From Eledone cirrhosa (taxonomy: Eukaryota), in contig OZ024747.1 of the NCBI GenBank assembly GCA_964016885.1, forward strand, positions 55,242,001-55,306,000: DNA of 64,000 nt, read 5' to 3'. The notes under the pieces are model-generated. The model saw nothing but the letters and a program-made list of their open reading frames with translations, made no database searches and was not told the origin of the DNA. This document shows positions 57,197 to 64,000 of the stretch, piece after piece. The position numbers and the translations under genes are program-made. Position 1 is the stretch's first letter. The number at the start of each line of letters is the position of its first letter.

Positions 57197-60014
57197 TAGA
57201 TAAGGTTAGTATAAGTTGCCCACAATTTAAAATAGTCGACTACACAGACCACAAATTTGTGATCTGTAAGATCGACATAGACAGACTCCATAGACAAGGG
57301 CCCGGTAACTGGAAGCACAACGAGTCTTTCCCGGCGCGCAAGGCCTACAGAGACCGGATTAGCGTATTAGTTAAGCGGGCGTTGACGGGAGCGGTCCTCA
57401 ACAACAGGTGGTGGTTCGCTCTGAAAAGGGCAATTAAAGTAGAGTTGATTAGGTTTAGCAAAGGACTAGTGATAGAGGAAAATAGAGTAGAGGGAGAGCT
57501 AATCAGAAAGCTAGAAGAGGCGTTTAGGACAGGCATCGCAACCAACGTGCTTGCGGCGAAATTGGCACTCGACCAATTCTTCAACGCAAAACACGAAGAC
57601 TGCGTTGTCAAAGTTAGAGCCCGTGCTCTGAAACACGAGGGGACAAAAGCCGTTCAATGGACCTGGGTGGCAGAGGCGCGACGTGGCAATAGAGCCACAA
57701 TTCGGTCTTTTTCTGACCAAAACAGGCGCGTGTTGCTCGAACCCGAGCAGATGTATGAAGCTTTTCAGCAGCACTTTGCTCAACTGTTCGGGAGCCACGG
57801 CGGGCCGGATCGGGGTATGGACTTCAGTGGATACCTCGACGGACTGCCTCGGCTCTCGACGGCCGCAGCACAGTGTTGCGAAAAGCCAATAACAGCCGGT
57901 GAAATACGGGAAGCCATGGCTAACTGCACGAGGGTAAATCGCCAGGTTTGGATGGTCTACACTACGAGCTTTATGCATTTATGCCAGACTTGTTCGGTGA
58001 CCTCTTGGCAGAGGTCTACTGCAACTGGCAGCAGAACGGGAGCATTCCCAGTTTTGTGAGCCGGGGAACGGTAGCGCTGCTGAGAAAAGACCCGAACAAG
58101 GGGGATGTTATCGATAAATTCAGGCCCATAACACTGCTAAACGCAGAGTTCAAGATTTTGGTCAAGGTGTTAGCAACGAGGTTGGTGCTTGTCTTCAAGT
58201 GTCTGGTGGGAAAGGCGCAGACATGCGCCATTCCGGACAGATCCATACTGGACAACCTCCACCTCATGCGATACATCATAGAGAGTGTGGTTAAGGAACC
58301 TGGCACGGGTCGGGCCCTGATCAACTTGGATCATCCAAAGCATTCGATAGGGTCGACTATCGGTACCTGGAAGCGATCCTCGAGGCAGCCGGTTTCGGGC
58401 CCGTTTTCACGGGTTGGATCGCTGCGATGTACAACGACATCTGCTCAGTTATGAGGGTGAACGGTCACCTGTCGCAGCCGTTCAGCATCATGTGCTCGGC
58501 CCGCCAGTGTTGTCCCCTCTCGTCCCTCTTGTACGTATTGGCACTCGAGCCGTTACTGCACATCCTGGTTCGGACCGGACCTCCAGATGGAGAAAATCTG
58601 GAACGAGGTGACGAGCAAGGTGGCCTCCCTCACCCAGAAATGGGCCTAGAGGAAGCAGTCCCTGAAAAGCCGGGTGGAGGTGGCGAATGCGTACATCGCA
58701 TCCGTCTTCTGCTACCGCCTCACCGTCGTCCCTTGCCCCGGCCCAACTCTCACCAAAATGGAGCGCCTCCTCGTCCGTCTTTTGTGGAAGGGACGTGCTC
58801 CCATGGTCAGACGATCCATCTGCTGTCAACACCCGTTGCGTGGAGGACTGGGCATGCCATGGCTGATGATGCGCAAACATGTGCTAAGGCTGCGACATAT
58901 CTGGTACTTCCTTGACGGTGAACAGGTGTGGTCGCCGTTCGCCAGGCACGTTTTCCCACAGCTCGTCTCCTTGACGGTGCTGCAGTGCTGGGTCAGGAAC
59001 AGACCGAGGGATAGCGCTTGGTAACTGGAATGTCTCCAGGCGCTCACTGCCCTCTGCCAGCTGGGCACCAGTATCGGTGGAACATCCACCTCGGCGTTCT
59101 ATAGAGGACTAGTGCAGGGGAAGAGCGACGACGTTCTAGGAGAGATCCTGAGCGTCGAAGAAGATCAGCTGTTTGCTCTCTTCCGGAGAACTTTCCGCCC
59201 AGGGCCTATGGATAACTTCCAAAAATCCCTGGCCTGGCAGTGCTACGGGGGAGCGTTGCCGGTTCGAGATAAGCTCTACAGGCACGGAAGTGCCGTCAGC
59301 CGGGCCTGTCTGCGATGCGCGCAGAGCGACGAAACCGTCGTGCACGCACTCGTTCAGTGCCCGAGCATTGCTCACTTGTGGAGCTATGTCGAACAGTTGC
59401 TGTCGCGTGAGAGCTGATCCGGTTATCGACTGAGTCCATTGTGCAGATGGTCTCGCCGTCTTCCTTCGAGGAAGAAGGGCAGGCGGTTTTCATCTGCCTG
59501 GTGGCCATGGCGAAAGAGTTTGTGTGGTGGACAAGGTTGAAAGGGTTAAAGACAGACACTTTCCTCTTCGGCGAATCTCTAAATAACTTTACAAGTTTCA
59601 CTTGAAGAGGAAAATGAGGGTGGAGAGGCAAGTGCTGCCTTCTAGCAAGTTTGTTGAAAGGTGGGTGAATGTAGCAAGAATGGTCCGTATGAACGGGACC
59701 GCTCTGAATATACGTATGTAGTTTGAGAAATGTAAACATTGAAAGAGGGCGCTTGCCCTGGTGGTCAGGGTGGCCGTGGTCTTTTGTGTGGTTTTCGCCA
59801 TGAGTAACCCTCTGAGGTTTCCTCCCTATTGGTGTTTTTTTCATTGTTTCAATTTTCATTTTTATTGTTCATATATATATATTTTTCTATGTTTTTTTTT
59901 TTTCTTTTCTCATATAAATAATAAAAATATTTACACGCACAAAACCCACATCGTACCGTCCTGTGCCGTCTGTAATGTTTTTCTTGATGTCAGCCCTTGT
60001 GGCCAATAAATAAA

Positions 60015-60061
<47 letters not shown>
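57197..60061 (+). mobile_element. 5'-truncated, inactive L1/Tx1-type LINE (end of APE domain, RT, CCHC finger, 3' UTR, (ATT)n tail)
   Basis: TDHKF, GNWKHN, FRPITLLNAEFKILVKVLATRL, RQCCPLSSLLYVLALEPLL, CLRCAQSDETVVHALVQC; frameshifts and stops; YADD segment missing near 58560; aataaa followed by (att)n. Confidence 0.92.
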
Positions 60062-60270
60062 GGCGACCTACGTAGGAAATCGTATTATCGTGAGCTCCGC
60101 AAAGGTTTGCTATTTCCGTTTGTTTAAAAATTGCCATTTATGGAAAATTTTATTGTAAACTGTTTATAAGCACACATACATTGTTTTCCGAAAAGGACAC
60201 CCAAAAAGATTGGGGCCTTGTGCCCAAAATTTTAACTTTTATTATTATCCAAAAATTTCTTTGAAAAGAA

Positions 60271-62272
60271 ATGGCTAATTCCACTCTGCACGAAGCAGCT
60301 GAAAGCCTTCCTCACAAAATAACACCTCACACCGACACCACCATTGTAAATGTTACTACGTTTGCCAACACAAAAAAAAATATAAGCAGTAGCAATATTT
60401 TAAATTTGTCTCAGGCAGACATTCATTTCCCACCATTACCAATGACTGCAGGTGTTAAACCCTCCACCACCACCACCACCGCGACAACCACCACCACCAC
60501 CACCGCGACAACAGAAACAAAAGAAGAAAAAAATAAATTAACTCGTGACGTCGAAATGAAATCAAGCAAAATGGACTCTTCCCCACCAAAGACGACTGAC
60601 GTCACCACCACCACAACTGAAAATAAAATTAATATTAACGATAGCAACAACAACAACAATGACATTATAAAACCGACCCTCAGTTTCGCCATCGTAGCAA
60701 AACAATTCGAAGCGTTCACGGTAACTCAAAAAGATTTAGAAAATGCCAAACAAATGGTAAAGAAAGATGGGTACAGGGTCAGCCTCACCCCCCCCCCACC
60801 CACCCCCACCTAATAAAATGGAGCATCGGCGCCTGTGCACCGTGTCGTATAGAACAATAAATGTAAAATCGCGCCGAGTGGAACGGGCATCCGAGTCCCA
60901 AATCCAAAAAGCTTTGGGACATGTGTGGGCAAGAAAAACCCACATCAGACGTGGGCAAAAGTATGGAACCGTGGATGTGTTCTTTGAAACACCAGAGGAG
61001 GCTAGAGAACACTCCATGGCCCCATTAAAAAGTGACGACCTCACACTCGTCCCAAGCTATTGTGGCCAGAGACTCGTAAAGATCAGGGTGACCCACGTTC
61101 CACCGGCCATCGAAATTCCCTGGCTAATAGCGGCTGTCCTCGCCGGCATCGAAGCCAACACGAAAATAATAGCAGTAGCAAAAGAAAAGCAGGAAAACTG
61201 GTCCGGATCTGGGATGGAGCTCCTGATCCAAGCGGACCAAAAAAGCATTGAGGAGATCCCAGAGGTAATAGACCTCACTGACGGCAGCCACCTCACGGTA
61301 ATTGTCGAGGGCAGAAGACCTAGGTGTGTCGTTTGTGGTGAAGGAACCCACCTAAGGGCTTTCTGCCCTCAGGCTAAAAGGTTGAGGCCACCTCTCCTAC
61401 CCACCCCAGTGACACAACCATCAACACCACCAGTAGCAGAGATGGCAGCAACAACTGTAGCAGCAACAACAGAAGCAACTATAACAGCAACAACCCCAGC
61501 AACAGTAGCAAAACCAACACCACTACCACCACCACCACCAGCAAAACCAACACCACCACCACCCAACGCTTCAGAACTAGCACCAGCGCCTACACCATCC
61601 ACCACACCACAACCAAAACTAACGGCTGTGGAGGATTTTCCACTCCCCGGCCTATCACAACTGGAAACAGATTGTGACGACGAGGAGTGGGAAACGATAT
61701 CCGGAAAAAAAAAAAGAAACCAAAAAAGAAAAAATTCTCTTCCTTCCCCCTCCAAAAACAAAATACAGAGGGAAACAAATAAACTAAGAAACAAAAAAGT
61801 TAGGACAGATATGCCACCATCCACACCAGCATCACCAACCCCATCAACCCAAACACCAACACCATCACCATCATTATCCCCAGCACCACCATCACCTACA
61901 CCACAAAAGTCACCAAAATGCGAAACAGAAAGAAACCCACAACAAACGCAAACAAAACAAAACAACCAAAACGATACACACTACACAGCATTAAATTTGA
62001 ACAACAAGCAATTATTACACTACATCCAACACAACACCAGCATCACAGAAAAAGACTACACAACAACCCCAACATTCACACCACCTCCACACATACAAAT
62101 CACTCGCATCACACAGAAAACGTACATGACACTAAAACAAAAATTCCTCAAAGACATCGGAGACTTCCGACAAGCACTCTCCAGGAGGATTTATAAGAAC
62201 ATCCTTCCTGAGGAGGCCACAAGCAGTGAAAAGGATGGAAAAGCCGTCCTTCCCCTACGAGAAGTAAGGTAA
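60271..62272 (+). CDS. LINE ORF1p (RRM-like region, CCHC knuckle, Pro/Thr-rich linker), split into two frames at a poly-C run (~60788-60798)
   Basis: ORFs 60271-60813 (SFAIVAK motif) and 60767-62272 (GTVDVFFETPEEA; CVVCGEGTHLRAFC; KKKRNQKRK) join if one C is removed. Confidence 0.75.
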
Positions 62273-62306
62273 GTGGTCTTTCCCATCTTTTCCACTCCTT
62301 TTCAAC

Positions 62307-64000
62307 ATGACCTCACTCAGAATAGGCAGCATAAATGCGCGTGGCTTGGGGTCGTCATGGAAGCAGGGCCACCTGCTCAACGACCTCAGGTCACTAAACA
62401 TAGATGTAGTGGCCATCAGCGAGACCAGAATCTCCGAAGCACAGGCTTTCGCACCGATCTTCGGCGGCTACGATGTGTACGCATCTCCCAGCAGTCCGGG
62501 ATCGGGGGGAGGAGTTGCTGTGCTTTTTCGGAGAGGTTTGAATCTTGCCATACGGGCCATCTTCCTGGACCCAGAAGGTAAGTTGGTGGTGCTGGACGTG
62601 ACCAGCGGAGACGGGCAAGCTTTCAGGTTAGTGGCCGTCTATGCCCCGACAGGAGCAGGGCGGCCTGATTTCTTCCGGCGTCTGGAGACCTTTCTTGGAA
62701 CGTCCCGCTCTTTAGTGTTAGTGGGCGACTGGAACGGGATCTTAGATGCACGCTGGGATTGTGTGGGATTAGTGGATAGGGAAGGAGGGTGCAAGAGTCT
62801 CACCAACCTGCTCAGACGTTTTGAACTGTCTGACAGGTACCGAATGGATTTCCCGAATGTACCAATGTGGACTTGGACAAATTGCATAGGGTCATCCAGA
62901 TCATATCTAGATAGAGTATTTTGTAGGGAAATAGATAGGTCTAGCATAGGCTGTCCACAATTCAAGATAGTCAGCTACACGGACCACAAATTCGTGATCT
63001 GTGTGCTTGACTTAGATAGGCTTCATAGACGAGGACCCGGCTACTGGAAGCTAAACGCGTCCTTACCAGCGCGCAAGGCCTACAGAGACCGGATTAGCGA
63101 ACTAGTTAAGCGGGCGTTGACGGGGGCCATCGTCAACAACAAGTGGTGGTTTGCTCTGAAAAGAGCAATTAGAATAGAGTCCATTAGGTTTAGTAAGACT
63201 TTAGCAATAGAGAAAAATAGAGCAGAGGAAGAATTAGTTAGAAAATTAGATGAGGCGCTTAGCAAAGGCATCGCGACCGACGTACTTGCGGCGAAATTGG
63301 CCCTTGACCAATTCTTCAATGCAAAGCACGAAGGCTGCGTTGTCAGAGCTAGGGTGCGTGCTCTCAGACACGAGGGCACGAAAGCCGTTCAATGGGCCCG
63401 AGTGGCGGAGGCGCGTCGTGGCAACAAAGCCACGATCCGGTCTTTGGTGGACCACGACGGGCGCATGCTACTCGATCCCGGGCAAATGTGTGAAACTTTT
63501 CAGCGACACTTCGCTCAACTGTTAGGGGGCAGTGGCGGGCCGGATCGAGGGATGGACTTTAGTGTCTACCTCGACGGACTGCCGCGGCTTTCGGCCACTG
63601 AGGCGGAGTGTTGCGAAAAGTCGATAACAACCGCTGAAGTACGGGATGCAATGACTAGTTGCACAAGGGGTAAATCGCCTGGTTTGGATGGTCTGCCCTA
63701 TGAACTTTACGTACAATTGCCAAACTTGTTCGGAGGCCTCTTGGCGGACGTCTACTGCAACTGGCAACAGAACGGGAGAATTCCCAGCTCTGTGAGCCGA
63801 GGAGCGGTGGCGCTGTTGAGAAAGGATCCGAACAAGGGGGATAACATAGATAATTTTAGGCCCATAACTCTGCTAAACACAGAGTTCAAGATTTTGGCCA
63901 AGGTGCTAGCAAAGAGGTTGGCGCTTGTCGTTGGTGGTCTGGTGGGAGAGGCACAGACATGCGCCATTCCCGACAGATCCATCCACGACAACCTCCACCT
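62307..64000 (+). CDS. LINE ORF2p: APE endonuclease plus reverse transcriptase N-terminus (3'-incomplete; absent from the ORF track)
   Basis: Manual translation from ATG 62307 shows no stop: MTSLRIGSINARGL, AISETR, VYAP, VGDWN, SYLDR, TDH, GYWKLN, KSPGLDGL, NFRPITLLNTEFKILAKVLAKRL. Confidence 0.93.
   Translation, partial: MTSLRIGSINARGLGSSWKQGHLLNDLRSLNIDVVAISETRISEAQAFAPIFGGYDVYASPSSPGSGGGVAVLFRRGLNLAIRAIFLDPEGKLVVLDVTSGDGQAFRLVAVYAPTGAGRPDFFRRLETFLGTSRSLVLVGDWNGILDARWDCVGLVDREGGCKSLTNLLRRFELSDRYRMDFPNVPMWTWTNCIGSSRSYLDRVFCREIDRSSIGCPQFKIVSYTDHKFVICVLDLDRLHRRGPGYWKLNASLPARKAYRDRISELVKRALTGAIVNNKWWFALKRAIRIESIRFSKTLAIEKNRAEEELVRKLDEALSKGIATDVLAAKLALDQFFNAKHEGCVVRARVRALRHEGTKAVQWARVAEARRGNKATIRSLVDHDGRMLLDPGQMCETFQRHFAQLLGGSGGPDRGMDFSVYLDGLPRLSATEAECCEKSITTAEVRDAMTSCTRGKSPGLDGLPYELYVQLPNLFGGLLADVYCNWQQNGRIPSSVSRGAVALLRKDPNKGDNIDNFRPITLLNTEFKILAKVLAKRLALVVGGLVGEAQTCAIPDRSIHDNLH

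Larger units (their letters stand above)
60062..64000 (+). mobile_element. 5'-complete L1/Tx1-type LINE running off the window
   Basis: 5' UTR, ORF1 with zinc knuckle, uninterrupted APE-RT ORF2; homologous to the upstream copy. Confidence 0.93.

Noticed and set aside
60061-60075. tggcgacc as an LTR primer-binding site
   Set aside because: No LTR upstream, and the downstream ORFs are of non-LTR APE-RT type

Overview
AT-rich, microsatellite-saturated eukaryotic intergenic or intronic DNA. The tRNA-derived SINE family and repeat landscape strongly suggest an Octopus-like cephalopod genome. I could not support any host gene exon, and nearly all ORF-track entries are translations of simple repeats. 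Interpretable content: (1) two head-to-tail L1/Tx1-type LINEs at the right end, a dead 5'-truncated copy followed by a 5'-complete copy whose APE-RT ORF2 stays open to the window edge, plus a third 3' fragment; (2) decayed RTE, R4/Dong-like, CRE-like and Penelope GIY-YIG fragments; (3) about 15 SINE copies, several with target-site duplications; (4) an ~8.75-kb array of a 69-bp minisatellite. The most interesting signal is a set of short fold-back (palindromic) elements embedded in (TA)n or (GA/TC)n arrays. Several carry minimal type I hammerhead ribozyme motifs, one with a compensatory U3-A8 core, and they share an 'inverted arm + arm + 3' tail' layout. I interpret them as microsatellite-targeted, non-autonomous Penelope-like elements. 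All family assignments were made by eye, without database searches.
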